Below are positions 15,712 to 24,773 of a stretch of DNA of 30,246 nt, in pieces (position 1 is the first letter of the stretch; each line of letters opens with the position of its first letter). The notes beneath the pieces are model-generated. The model was given only the letters and a program-made list of their open reading frames with translations, made no database searches and was not told where the DNA came from. The DNA comes from a virus (taxonomy: Duplodnaviria > Caudoviricetes), in IMG/VR virus record IMGVR_UViG_3300049781_000020, positions 1 through 30,246 of that record; one strand, written 5' to 3'. A program made the position numbers and the translations under genes.

Positions 15712-18700
15712 GTGCCCGGAATGCTGTTCACGCTGACCGGCCGTGACGAACTGTCCGATGTCTTCGACGACATCGGCGATGCGGCGCGGCGCCTGCACCG
15801 CCGGATCAGCGCGGCGACCACGGAGGCCGATCGGGACCTGCGGCGCCTGGGCAGCACCACCAGCAGGACCCTGGCCGGGATGCGCCGGGACAGCGACGCC
15901 GGCGCCAAGGCCGTCGAGCAACTCGGCAAGGTCACCAAAATGCTGTGGCCGGCCGCGATCCCGGCGGCCGCGTCGCTGGTGCCGATCGCGGCGGGCGCCG
16001 CCACGGTCGCTGTCGCGGTCGGCGCGATGGGCGTCGCCATGGGCGCCCAGATCAAGGCCATGGGCGAGGCGTCCGAGGCGCAGAAGGCCTACGAGGACGC
16101 CGTCGGCAAGAGCGGTGCCACCTCGCAGGAAGCCGTACAGGCGCAGGCCGAGTACGCGCGCATCGTCGCTCAGATGCCGCCCGCTACCCGCGAGGCGGCC
16201 GCGGCTGTCGGCGTGCTGAAGGACAACTACAAGGACTGGTCCGACAGTCTCGCCGCGGACACCATGGCCCCGTTCACGAAGGGTGTCGGCCTCGTCAACG
16301 CCCTGCTTCCGAAGACCACGGGCCTGGTCAAGGTGGCGGCTGGAGAAACCGACCGGTTCGTGACGATCGTCGGCGGGGCGATGGCCTCGCCTGGGCTGGA
16401 CCGGCTGAACAACACGTTCACCACGTTCGCTGAGAAGACGCTCCGCAAGGTCAACGACGAGATCGTCCACCTGATGCGAGTCTCCGACTCGGGCGAGGTG
16501 GCGGGCCCTGCACGCGAGTTCATGACGTGGGCGCGCGCACAGGGCCCGACCGTGGCGTCGGTCCTGTCCAGCGTGGCGACGGCAATGGTGCACGTCCTGG
16601 AGGCGGGCAGCGATGTCGGCGTCGGCCTGCTGCAGGTCGTCGAGGTACTGGCCCGTCTGGTGTCTGCCGTCCCGCCCGGGGCGATCGCTCTGTTCCTGCA
16701 GCTGGCGCTCGCGCTGAAGCTGACGAAGGCCGCCGCGCTGGGGATGGCTGCGGCCCGTACTGCCCTGGCCGGGTTCGGGGTGTCGCTGGTCGCGGTGAAC
16801 ACCGCGGCGAGCGCCGCCCCCGGCAGGCTGGCCGCGGTGCGCGCCGCGATCGGTGCCCTGTCCAAGACGACGAAGATCGCCATGGCCGGGACGGGGATCG
16901 GCCTGCTGGTCATCGCTCTGTCCGAGCTGTCGCAGCGGGGCAAGCAGGCGCCGCCGGACGTGGACAAGCTGACCAGTTCGCTGAAGCAGCTGGGCTCGAC
17001 GGGCAAGGTGACGGGCGAGGCCGCGAAGCATTTCGGCAGCGACCTGTCCGGGCTGCACGACAAGGTCCGGGCGCTGACCGATCCGACGACCACGGACAAG
17101 GTGCAGCAGTTCCTGGTGGGCTGGACCGGCTGGGATTCCACGCCGGTGAAGGAAGCCAAGGAGAACATCGACGCGGTCGACAAGTCGCTGGCGGACCTGG
17201 TGTCCAGCGGTCAGTCGGACCTGGCGGCGGCTGCCTTGAAGCGGCTGACCGCCGAGTACGGCAAGGGCGGCCGCGACACCAAGGAGTTCACCAGCCAGCT
17301 CGACGACTACAAGCGGGCGATCGCCGACGCCAAGTTCGAGGCGCAGCTCGCGGCCGACGCGCAGGGCCTGTTCGGCGCGCAGGCCATGTCGGTGCAGGAG
17401 AAGCTGAACGGGCAGAAGCTCAGCGCGGACGGTCTGCGTCAGTCGATCCAGGCCCTCAACGACGTGCAGCGCGAGGGCCTCGGCGGAATGATCGGGTTCG
17501 AGGCGGCCATCGACGCCGCGGCGAAGGCGGCCAAGGACAACGCCGGTGCGCTGACCATGTCGCATGGCGCCCTGGACCTCAATTCCGAGAAGGCCCGCAA
17601 TGCAGCCGGAGCGCTTCAGGACCTGGCGGGCAAGACCGACGCTGCCGCCAGCTCGGCGCGCGAGTCCGGGTCGAGCTGGGAGACCGTCAACGGGATCTAC
17701 AGCCGTGGTCGTTCGGAGCTGATCAAGAGCGCCCAGGCGATGGGGCTGACCAGGGACCAGGCGGCGCAACTCGCGGACCAGATTCTCAAGACGCCGGACA
17801 AGAAGGTCCGCCTCGACATGGCGGCCGAGGACGCCCGTCGGGATCTGGCAGCGTTCAACGCCGCGGTGAAGCGGTCCCCCGACAGCAAGAGCGTCACACT
17901 CAAGACGCTGAGCAAGTCGGCCGAGCAGATCCTGGAGGGCTTCGGCCTGAAGGTGCGCAGGCTGCCCGACGGGTCCGTCACTGTGAGCGCCAAGGCCGGC
18001 CAGGCCCTGTCGGGTGTGAAGGGGGTCAAGGCTGCGATCGATTCGCTCTACTCCAAGAGCATCACGATCTTCACGAAGAAGACCACCCGCTACATCACCG
18101 AGTACCAGACCAAGTACCTCTCCGGCCGCAGCCAGCACGACATCACTGGTGCCACCGGCGGTCTCTTCACCGGCAGCGACTTCCGCCACCGCGGGTACGC
18201 CGCCGGTGGCCTGGTTGACGGACCGGGCACCGGCACCAGCGACAGCGTGTTCGCGCCGTGGCTGTCCGCCGGCGAGTTCGTCGTCAACGCGGCCCGGACC
18301 AAGCAGTGGTTGCCGCTGCTGAAGGCGCTCAACAGTGGGCGTCTGGGGCTGGGGTCCCTGCGCGGGGATGCCGGTACGACCGGTGCAGGGCTGGATGCCG
18401 GCCGCGGCCTGGCGTCGGGACTGACCTCCGCGACCCCGCTGGTGCAGGACGCGGCGATGGCGATGGCTGCTGCGATCACGGCCGGGATCAAGGAGGAGAT
18501 GCAGATCGCGTCTCCGTCGAAGAAGACGAAGGCGCTGGCCGCGGACATCGGCAAGGGGCTCATCGTCGGTCTGACCGGCACCCAGGCCAAGATCAAGTCG
18601 GTTGCTGCGGACCTGGTCAAGGACATCAAGACGGCGTTCTCCGGCAAAAAGGAATCGCAGCTGATCGCCTTCGTCAACAGGCAGACGAAGCATCTGCTGG

Positions 18701-19536
18701 ACGTCGCCAAGAAGCGCGACAAGATAGCGGCGACGATCGCGGCGGCCAAGCAGTACGCGGCCGACACGACGAAGGCCGCCCGCGAGAACGCCGGCCTGTC
18801 CAACCTGGGCATCGAGGACGGCAAGATCACGGCCGGTTCGATCAAGGCGGGGCTGGCGGCGAAGCTGTCCCAGCTCAAGCAGTTCACGACGTACATCGGG
18901 CAGCTGGCCAAGAAGGGCCTCAACCGGGGTCTGCTGCGGCAGATCATCAACATGGGGCCCGAGCAGGGCTACGCCTACGCGTCGGCCCTCATGGGCGCGG
19001 ACAAGGCCACCCTGGCGTCCATCAACTCCCTCGACACCCAGATCGGCCAGAGCGCCGACAGCCTGGGCAAGACGGGAGCGGACGCCCTGTACGACTCGGG
19101 CAAGAACGCGTCCAAGGGCTTCCTCTCAGGTCTGACCTCCCAGCAGAAGGAGCTGGAGAAGACCATGGAGAAGATCGCCAAGGCGATGCAGAAGGCCCTG
19201 AAGAAGGCCCTCGGCATCAAGTCCCCGGCCAGGGCGATGATCCCCGACGGCATCAACACCGTCCGCGGTGTGGCCGCCGGTCTGATCGAGGGCCTGCCGC
19301 ACGTCGACCGGGCCATGCAGGCCGTGGCCGGCCGGATCGCGGGCAAGGCGGCATCCGGTCCGACAGCCGGGCGGGCTGCGGTCACCGCTGCCGGGGGAGG
19401 CGTCGTCTACCAGGTGAACGTCACGGTGGAAGCCGCCATGGACCCGATCGCCGTGGGCCGCGAGTTGCAGCGGGTCATGCTCCAGCTGGGCAGGGCGCAG
19501 GGCGCGAAGGTCTCACTGAACCTGGGAGGGATGTAG
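15712..19536 (+). CDS. Tape measure protein (~1274 aa; alternative ATG at 15721)
   Basis: Longest gene, Ala/Gly/Lys-rich helical; AAGGLVDGPGTGTSDS...LSAGEFVVNA and LGIKSPAR motifs. Confidence 0.93.
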   Translation: MPGMLFTLTGRDELSDVFDDIGDAARRLHRRISAATTEADRDLRRLGSTTSRTLAGMRRDSDAGAKAVEQLGKVTKMLWPAAIPAAASLVPIAAGAATVAVAVGAMGVAMGAQIKAMGEASEAQKAYEDAVGKSGATSQEAVQAQAEYARIVAQMPPATREAAAAVGVLKDNYKDWSDSLAADTMAPFTKGVGLVNALLPKTTGLVKVAAGETDRFVTIVGGAMASPGLDRLNNTFTTFAEKTLRKVNDEIVHLMRVSDSGEVAGPAREFMTWARAQGPTVASVLSSVATAMVHVLEAGSDVGVGLLQVVEVLARLVSAVPPGAIALFLQLALALKLTKAAALGMAAARTALAGFGVSLVAVNTAASAAPGRLAAVRAAIGALSKTTKIAMAGTGIGLLVIALSELSQRGKQAPPDVDKLTSSLKQLGSTGKVTGEAAKHFGSDLSGLHDKVRALTDPTTTDKVQQFLVGWTGWDSTPVKEAKENIDAVDKSLADLVSSGQSDLAAAALKRLTAEYGKGGRDTKEFTSQLDDYKRAIADAKFEAQLAADAQGLFGAQAMSVQEKLNGQKLSADGLRQSIQALNDVQREGLGGMIGFEAAIDAAAKAAKDNAGALTMSHGALDLNSEKARNAAGALQDLAGKTDAAASSARESGSSWETVNGIYSRGRSELIKSAQAMGLTRDQAAQLADQILKTPDKKVRLDMAAEDARRDLAAFNAAVKRSPDSKSVTLKTLSKSAEQILEGFGLKVRRLPDGSVTVSAKAGQALSGVKGVKAAIDSLYSKSITIFTKKTTRYITEYQTKYLSGRSQHDITGATGGLFTGSDFRHRGYAAGGLVDGPGTGTSDSVFAPWLSAGEFVVNAARTKQWLPLLKALNSGRLGLGSLRGDAGTTGAGLDAGRGLASGLTSATPLVQDAAMAMAAAITAGIKEEMQIASPSKKTKALAADIGKGLIVGLTGTQAKIKSVAADLVKDIKTAFSGKKESQLIAFVNRQTKHLLDVAKKRDKIAATIAAAKQYAADTTKAARENAGLSNLGIEDGKITAGSIKAGLAAKLSQLKQFTTYIGQLAKKGLNRGLLRQIINMGPEQGYAYASALMGADKATLASINSLDTQIGQSADSLGKTGADALYDSGKNASKGFLSGLTSQQKELEKTMEKIAKAMQKALKKALGIKSPARAMIPDGINTVRGVAAGLIEGLPHVDRAMQAVAGRIAGKAASGPTAGRAAVTAAGGGVVYQVNVTVEAAMDPIAVGRELQRVMLQLGRAQGAKVSLNLGGM

Positions 19537-19538
19537 CG

Positions 19539-21977
19539 GTGCCGCTGCTCGTGGAAATGGGCTGGGGAGGGCTGATCCAGTTCCCCAGCACCATCACCTG
19601 GACGGACATCAGCCAGCGCGTCAATCTCGTCCAGGGTGTGACGATCACCCGGGGTGCCTCGGACGAACGCACCGAGACGCAGCCCGGGTCCGCCACGCTG
19701 CGCCTGGACAACGCCGACGGTGCGCTCACCCCCGGCAACCCGGCGAGCCCCTACTATCCGTGGGTCCGGCGCAACGCACCGATCCGGATCAGCGTCGCGG
19801 TTCTTCCGAAGCGGACCGGGCCCGCGCCCTGGCCGCTGGCTCACCTCGCCGACGACTTCGACGACGGCGTCCTGGACCCGGCGCTGTGGACCGCGGTGAA
19901 CGGATCCCTGGAGACCGGCGGGCGGCTGCGCCTGCCGATGTCCCCGGCCGGGGTGAGCGCGCGCGTGGACAGCACCCGGCAGTGGACCCTGACCGGGTCG
20001 AAGCTGACCGCGAAGTTCGCGACCGTGCCCGCGGCGGGCGGCTCGTCGTCGGCGTCGGTGAGCATGTACGTGCTCTCCAGCACGCCGGGCACCCAGCTGC
20101 GGTGGCGGTTCGACGCCCTCACCCGGGAGCTGCGCGCCCTCAACGAGGTGGGCAACGTGGACGCCGCCCCCACCATCCTGCCGTTCAGCGCCATCGACCA
20201 CGCCTGGCTGCGGATCCGGGAGACCGGCGGCACCGTGTACTTCGAGACGTCCTCGGACGGCTTCATCTGGACCGTGCGCCGGTCCCTGCCCACGCCCGCG
20301 TGGGTGGCCACCAACCAGGTCCAGGTGCAGTTCGCCGCGTTCCGGTCCGGCGGCACAGGCGACTACGTCGACTTCGACCTGGTCGGCGCCGACGTCCGCC
20401 CCCGGTTCTGGGGCATGGTCAACGAGTTCCCCGTCGACTGGCAGGGCCTGTCCTCCACGGTCTCCGTCACCTGCACGGATCTGTTCAAGCGCCTCAACCG
20501 GCTGCCCGCCCTGCGGTCGATGCTCGCCCAGGAGATCCTGGAGCAGAAGCCGCTGGTGTACTACCCGCTGACCGAGGACAGCACAGCGACCAGCGCCGGC
20601 GACATCGGCGGCAACGGCGCCCCATCGCTGGCCATCGCCCAAGCAGGCAGCGGCGGCACCCTCACCATGGCCGGCGTCACCGGGCCCACCGAGACGGGCG
20701 AGCAGGCACCACAGTTCTCGCCGTCCACGGCCACCCAGGGCAAGTACCTGACCTGCGACCTCGGCCCCCAGTTCGACGATGCCACCTACCAGTACCTGTG
20801 CTTCGAGGCCTGGTTCCAGACCACGACGACCGGGCGCTGCATCCTCGGCGTCCACACCCCGGACCGATCCGACCAGCACCTGCTGTCCATCGCCGCCAGC
20901 GGCGGACTCCAGATCGAGTGGGCGATGGAAGGCGGCCAGCTGACCACCGAGCCCGTCAGCGGGCCGACCACGCTCGCCGACGGGAACTGGCATCACCTCA
21001 TCTACGACCAGCGCGAAGGCGCGGTGTGGATCGACGGCGTCCTGGTCGACTCTTCGCTGGCCGTCCCCCGCCGCTGGGGGGAGCGTGTCCTGCACGTCGG
21101 CGGCTACCGCGGCACCCGCCTGTGGTCGGGCAGCATCGCCCACGTCGCGGTTCACTCCACGCTGACCGTGTCGGCAGGCCCGACCGCCGCCGGGCACTGG
21201 ACGGCCGGCACCACCGGCTTCGCCGGGGAGAGCGCCGACGAGCGGGTCGAGCGGCTGGCCCGGTACGCCGGCCTGTCGTCGGTGACCATCTGGGGAAGCA
21301 CCCACGACGCGATCGCCTCGCAGGGCCCCGGCGGAGCCAGTGTCGTGTCCCGGCTGCGCGAGGTGGAATCCACGGAGTCCGGCCGGCTGTTCGCCGAACG
21401 CGACTGGTACGGCCTCGCCTACCAGTCCCGCGATGTGCGCTACAACCCGGACCCCGAGTTCGAGACGTTCACGATCAACTATGCCGAGCTGGAGCCCGGC
21501 ATCAGCATCGCCGACGACGACCAGAAGATGGTCAACGTCGTGGACGCCGCCCGCCCGGGCGGAGCCAGCCAGCGGGTCACCGCCCCGGCGAGCATCCTGG
21601 CCTTCGGCGAGTACGAGCAGAACCTGTCCGTGCTCAAGACGTCCGACAACAGCGTCCTGGACGCCGCGTACTGGCTGGTGTCCCGCTACGCCAACCCCGT
21701 CCCGGAGCTGCGCGAGGTCCCCGTCGAGGCGTACACGATGCCCGACTACCTGGACATCCTCGACGCCGACATCTCGAACTACTTCTCCGTCACCGACCTG
21801 CCCGCACAGGCCCCGTCCTCGTGGATGCGCGTCACCATCGAGGGCTACACCGAGACGATCAAAGAGGCGTCGCACTTCATCCAGTTCCACACCAGCGCCA
21901 CCGTCAACGACTCCGTCTGGGTCCTCGACGACCCGACGTACTCGGTCCTCGACGGCACCACCCGCCTCGCCTACTAG
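19539..21977 (+). CDS. Large tail-tip/baseplate protein with lectin-like and LamG-like inserts (812 aa)
   Basis: WTDIS...ITRG..DE..QPGSATLRLDNADGALTPGNP; DDFDDG..WLRIRE.GGTVYFETS.DG insert; YYPLTE...LADGNWHHL...WIDG LamG-like segment; VESTESGRLF hub motif. Confidence 0.8.
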   Translation: MPLLVEMGWGGLIQFPSTITWTDISQRVNLVQGVTITRGASDERTETQPGSATLRLDNADGALTPGNPASPYYPWVRRNAPIRISVAVLPKRTGPAPWPLAHLADDFDDGVLDPALWTAVNGSLETGGRLRLPMSPAGVSARVDSTRQWTLTGSKLTAKFATVPAAGGSSSASVSMYVLSSTPGTQLRWRFDALTRELRALNEVGNVDAAPTILPFSAIDHAWLRIRETGGTVYFETSSDGFIWTVRRSLPTPAWVATNQVQVQFAAFRSGGTGDYVDFDLVGADVRPRFWGMVNEFPVDWQGLSSTVSVTCTDLFKRLNRLPALRSMLAQEILEQKPLVYYPLTEDSTATSAGDIGGNGAPSLAIAQAGSGGTLTMAGVTGPTETGEQAPQFSPSTATQGKYLTCDLGPQFDDATYQYLCFEAWFQTTTTGRCILGVHTPDRSDQHLLSIAASGGLQIEWAMEGGQLTTEPVSGPTTLADGNWHHLIYDQREGAVWIDGVLVDSSLAVPRRWGERVLHVGGYRGTRLWSGSIAHVAVHSTLTVSAGPTAAGHWTAGTTGFAGESADERVERLARYAGLSSVTIWGSTHDAIASQGPGGASVVSRLREVESTESGRLFAERDWYGLAYQSRDVRYNPDPEFETFTINYAELEPGISIADDDQKMVNVVDAARPGGASQRVTAPASILAFGEYEQNLSVLKTSDNSVLDAAYWLVSRYANPVPELREVPVEAYTMPDYLDILDADISNYFSVTDLPAQAPSSWMRVTIEGYTETIKEASHFIQFHTSATVNDSVWVLDDPTYSVLDGTTRLAY

Positions 21978-21993
21978 GAGCTAGGAGCACCGC

Positions 21994-22416
21994 ATGCCCA
22001 TCGCAGTTGTCCGAGCGGAAACGTTCTACCTGCCGTCGCCGCGCGAGCCCAAGGACGCCTGGGACGACGTGCCCGCCGCCGAGCGGGTGTGGAAGTGGAT
22101 CGAGTGGAAGCTGGGCCGCCGCGTAGTCCCGCCCGAGGGCGTCGTCGACCAGGCCCCGTACTGGGCGCGGATCAACCAGAACCGGTGGGTGGCCGACTGC
22201 GTGTGCGGCTCCGCGCAGGTCGTCTCCCCGACGGACCCGCGGTACGCGTGCACGGAATGCGGATGGGGCTGGGTCGAGCTGATCTTCCCTGCGGACGCGG
22301 CCGCGGTCGAGGCGTCGCTGATGGGGATGCCCACCTACCTGCGGAACTGGTGGCACGAGCTGGACCCGTCCAACCCGGCCGCGCCGGTGGTCGGTGACAG
22401 CGGGGGTGGCGCGTGA
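21994..22416 (+). CDS. Tail-region protein with CxC...CxxC motif (140 aa)
   Basis: AGGAG RBS; ARINQNRWVADCVCGSA...YACTECG. Confidence 0.7.
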   Translation: MPIAVVRAETFYLPSPREPKDAWDDVPAAERVWKWIEWKLGRRVVPPEGVVDQAPYWARINQNRWVADCVCGSAQVVSPTDPRYACTECGWGWVELIFPADAAAVEASLMGMPTYLRNWWHELDPSNPAAPVVGDSGGGA

Positions 22417-22943
22417 CGTTCACTCCGAAGACGTGGGTGGTGGGCGAGGTCGTCTCGGCGGCCCAGCTGAACCAGGAGATCCGCGACCAGTTCGGCAGCT
22501 TCTTCGGCGCCTGGTCGGACTACACCCCGGCGTGGATCGCCGAGAGCGGCGGCACCCCGGCGATCGGCAACGGCTCTATCAGCGGCCGCTACCTGAAGGT
22601 GGGGCGCACCGTCGACTTCGTCGTCCGTGTCAGCGTCGGCAGCACCACCACCTTCGGGAACAGCAACGCCAACTGGGCATTCGGCCTGCCCGCCTCGCCG
22701 GCCGCCTCGTTCGCCGGTGCGCGGGCCGCGCACGTGTCCTTCCGCCTGACGGGCACCGGCGAGGCCACGGGCACCGGCGAGATAGCCACGAACAACGGCG
22801 GCACCGTCCGCAGCCTCGCCGGCGGTTCCGTCAACGGCGGCACCAACCAGCCGGACAACTCCCTGTGGGACCAGGCCAACCCAATGATCGCGGCGTCCGG
22901 GCTGCTCATCACCATCAACGGCCGCTACGAGGCCGCGTCCTGA
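22413..22943 (+). CDS. Tail fibre/receptor-binding-like protein (176 aa)
   Basis: TWVVGEVVSAAQLN N-terminal attachment motif; WSDYTP...GNGSISGRY.KVGRTV beta-sandwich head. Confidence 0.75.
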   Translation: MTFTPKTWVVGEVVSAAQLNQEIRDQFGSFFGAWSDYTPAWIAESGGTPAIGNGSISGRYLKVGRTVDFVVRVSVGSTTTFGNSNANWAFGLPASPAASFAGARAAHVSFRLTGTGEATGTGEIATNNGGTVRSLAGGSVNGGTNQPDNSLWDQANPMIAASGLLITINGRYEAAS

Positions 22944-22960
22944 CCCGCACCACCCAGCCC

Positions 22961-22990
22961 GCCCCCGCCGCGCCGGGGGCTTTCGCATGT
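22961..22990 (+). terminator. Terminator-like hairpin between tail and lysis genes
   Basis: GCCCCCG-ccgcgc-CGGGGGC followed by TTTCGCATG. Confidence 0.55.
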
Positions 22991-23001
22991 CTGGAGGCCT
23001 C

Positions 23002-23754
23002 ATGGCCTGGTATCCCGGCGCCACCAAGATGGAGCTGCAACCGGAGTCCGACGCGCAGCCGGCCATCAAGCCGACGCAGTTCATCCTGCACAGCATCGTC
23101 GCCCCGTGGACGCCGCGCCGCACCTACGAGTACTGGCGCGACTCCACCAACCTCGAAAGCCACTTCGGTCTCGGCTACGACGGCAGCCTCGGCCAGTTCA
23201 TCGGCACCGAGACCCGAGCCGACGCCAACGGTGTGGCGAACCGGCGGGCGGACGGCACCGGCGCCGTGTCACTGGAGTCCGCCTCCAACCTTCAGGCGTC
23301 GGACCCGTGGACGGACGAGCAGATGGAATCGATCGTCCGGCTCGGCGTCTGGCTCCACCAGGAGCACGGCATCCCGCTGCGGATCTGCCGCAGCTCCACC
23401 GACCCGGGCTACGGCTACCACCGCCTGCACGCCGCCTGGAACCCGGACGCGCACTCCTGCCCCGGCGACGCCCGGGTCGAGCAGTTCCACAAGGTCGTGT
23501 TCCCGGCGATCGTCGCCCGCGCGACCGGCAAAACCACCGACAGCGAGGAGCTGGACATGGACAAGGCAGAGGTGTTCGCAGCGGTCTGGGAGCAGGACAA
23601 GGGCCTGGCCCCGTCCGCGTCACCGACCGCGAAGACCAACCGATTCTGGCAGCCGATCAGCTTCCTCCGCGAGATCTACAACTCCCTCGCCGCGCTCCGC
23701 AAGGAAGTCGCCGCGCTCCGCAAGGACATCGCCGCCCTCAAGAAGGAGTCCTGA
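23002..23754 (+). CDS. Endolysin, N-acetylmuramoyl-L-alanine amidase type (250 aa)
   Basis: ILHS, SHF, ADAN, SLES, YH, SCPG amidase_2-like zinc-site motifs; GGAGG RBS. Confidence 0.88.
   Translation: MAWYPGATKMELQPESDAQPAIKPTQFILHSIVAPWTPRRTYEYWRDSTNLESHFGLGYDGSLGQFIGTETRADANGVANRRADGTGAVSLESASNLQASDPWTDEQMESIVRLGVWLHQEHGIPLRICRSSTDPGYGYHRLHAAWNPDAHSCPGDARVEQFHKVVFPAIVARATGKTTDSEELDMDKAEVFAAVWEQDKGLAPSASPTAKTNRFWQPISFLREIYNSLAALRKEVAALRKDIAALKKES
23687..23749 (+). repeat. Three 21-bp tandem units encoding heptads (LAALRKE/VAALRKD/IAALKKE)
   Basis: TCGCCGCGCTCCGCAAGGA units at 23687 and 23708, degenerate at 23729. Confidence 0.7.
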
Positions 23755-23756
23755 CC

Positions 23757-24014
23757 ATGTCCGAGATCAACTTGCCCAGCGCCGAGACCGTCGTGAAGAC
23801 CGCGGGCACCTACGGCCGCGACCTCGCCGAGCGCGTCATCACCACGTTCCTCCAGTCGTTCATCGGCGGCATCGTCGTCACCACGCCCCTGGACGGCTCC
23901 ATGTGGTACGCCGCACTGGCAGGCGGGGTCGGCGCCGTCCTCGCCCTCGGCAAGGGCCTCATCGCCCGCTGGCGCGACGTCACCAACTCCGCGAGCCTCG
24001 CCAAGGGCGTCTGA
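23757..24014 (+). CDS. Holin (r1t-like, 85 aa)
   Basis: DLAERVITTFLQ motif, two TM helices, NSASL; AAGGAG RBS; follows endolysin. Confidence 0.8.
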   Translation: MSEINLPSAETVVKTAGTYGRDLAERVITTFLQSFIGGIVVTTPLDGSMWYAALAGGVGAVLALGKGLIARWRDVTNSASLAKGV

Positions 24015-24448
24015 TGCGGGGCGCGGTGGCGTGGCAGGCGTTTTCCCGCCGCCGCGCCTTCCTCGTCGCGATCGGCCTCGGCTGGGCCGGGTACGGCGGA
24101 CTCGGCATCATCGGCCAGCCCCGCTACGGCACCAGCCGCGGACTGGCCGACCTGACCCGACACGTCCCCGGAGGGCTCGACACCCTTGGATGGATGTGGG
24201 TGACCACCGGCCTGCTCGCCGCGGTGACTGGGTTCCTCGTCGCCTGCCCGCGGGCGCAGGCCCTCGGGTACGTGGCCATCGCCGTACCCGCTGGCCTGTG
24301 GGCCGGGGTGTTCTCCGCCGCGGCGGCGAGCACCTACCCGCCGGCCGTCGGGTCGGCGTGCGGGTGGGGGGCGTTCACGATCGGTGTGGTGCTGGTGTCC
24401 GGCATGGACGACCCGCCCCCGCCGCACCTGAGAAAGAGGAGTCGCTGA
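24014..24448 (+). CDS. Four-TM membrane protein of lysis cassette (144 aa)
   Basis: TGATG coupling to holin; four hydrophobic segments. Confidence 0.75.
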   Translation: MRGAVAWQAFSRRRAFLVAIGLGWAGYGGLGIIGQPRYGTSRGLADLTRHVPGGLDTLGWMWVTTGLLAAVTGFLVACPRAQALGYVAIAVPAGLWAGVFSAAAASTYPPAVGSACGWGAFTIGVVLVSGMDDPPPPHLRKRSR

Positions 24449-24720
24449 TGGACGTGGGGGCACTGGTCGGCGGCGCCGTCGCCCTGGTCGTGGGGCTGCT
24501 GTCGTGGACCCAGAGCCGGGCGACGAACCGGCGCTCGGACTTCAAGGAGATCACCGACCAGTTGAGGCAGGATCTCGACTCGGAGCGCGCGCAGCGGAAG
24601 CTGCTCACGTCCTACGTCGTGGACCTGTGGCGCTGGGCGAAGCGCGTCGGCCCGGACACGCCTGCCGGTCCCGCGCCGGAGCCCCCGCAGGATCTCGACC
24701 TCACACCCTGGCGCCACTGA
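24448..24720 (+). CDS. Single-TM coiled-coil protein of lysis cassette (90 aa)
   Basis: TGATG coupling, GAGGAG RBS; N-terminal TM, coiled coil, Pro-rich tail. Confidence 0.75.
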   Translation: MDVGALVGGAVALVVGLLSWTQSRATNRRSDFKEITDQLRQDLDSERAQRKLLTSYVVDLWRWAKRVGPDTPAGPAPEPPQDLDLTPWRH

Positions 24721-24722
24721 CC

Positions 24723-24758
24723 GCGGCCCCCTCTCGCCTTCGGGCGGGAGGGGGCCGC
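24723..24758. terminator. Terminator with C(UUCG)G tetraloop ending the late operon
   Basis: GCGGCCCCCTCTCGCC-TTCG-GGCGGGAGGGGGCCGC, 16-bp stem with one G-U pair, between convergent genes. Confidence 0.8.
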
Positions 24759-24773
24759 TTCGTCGTTTCAGGG

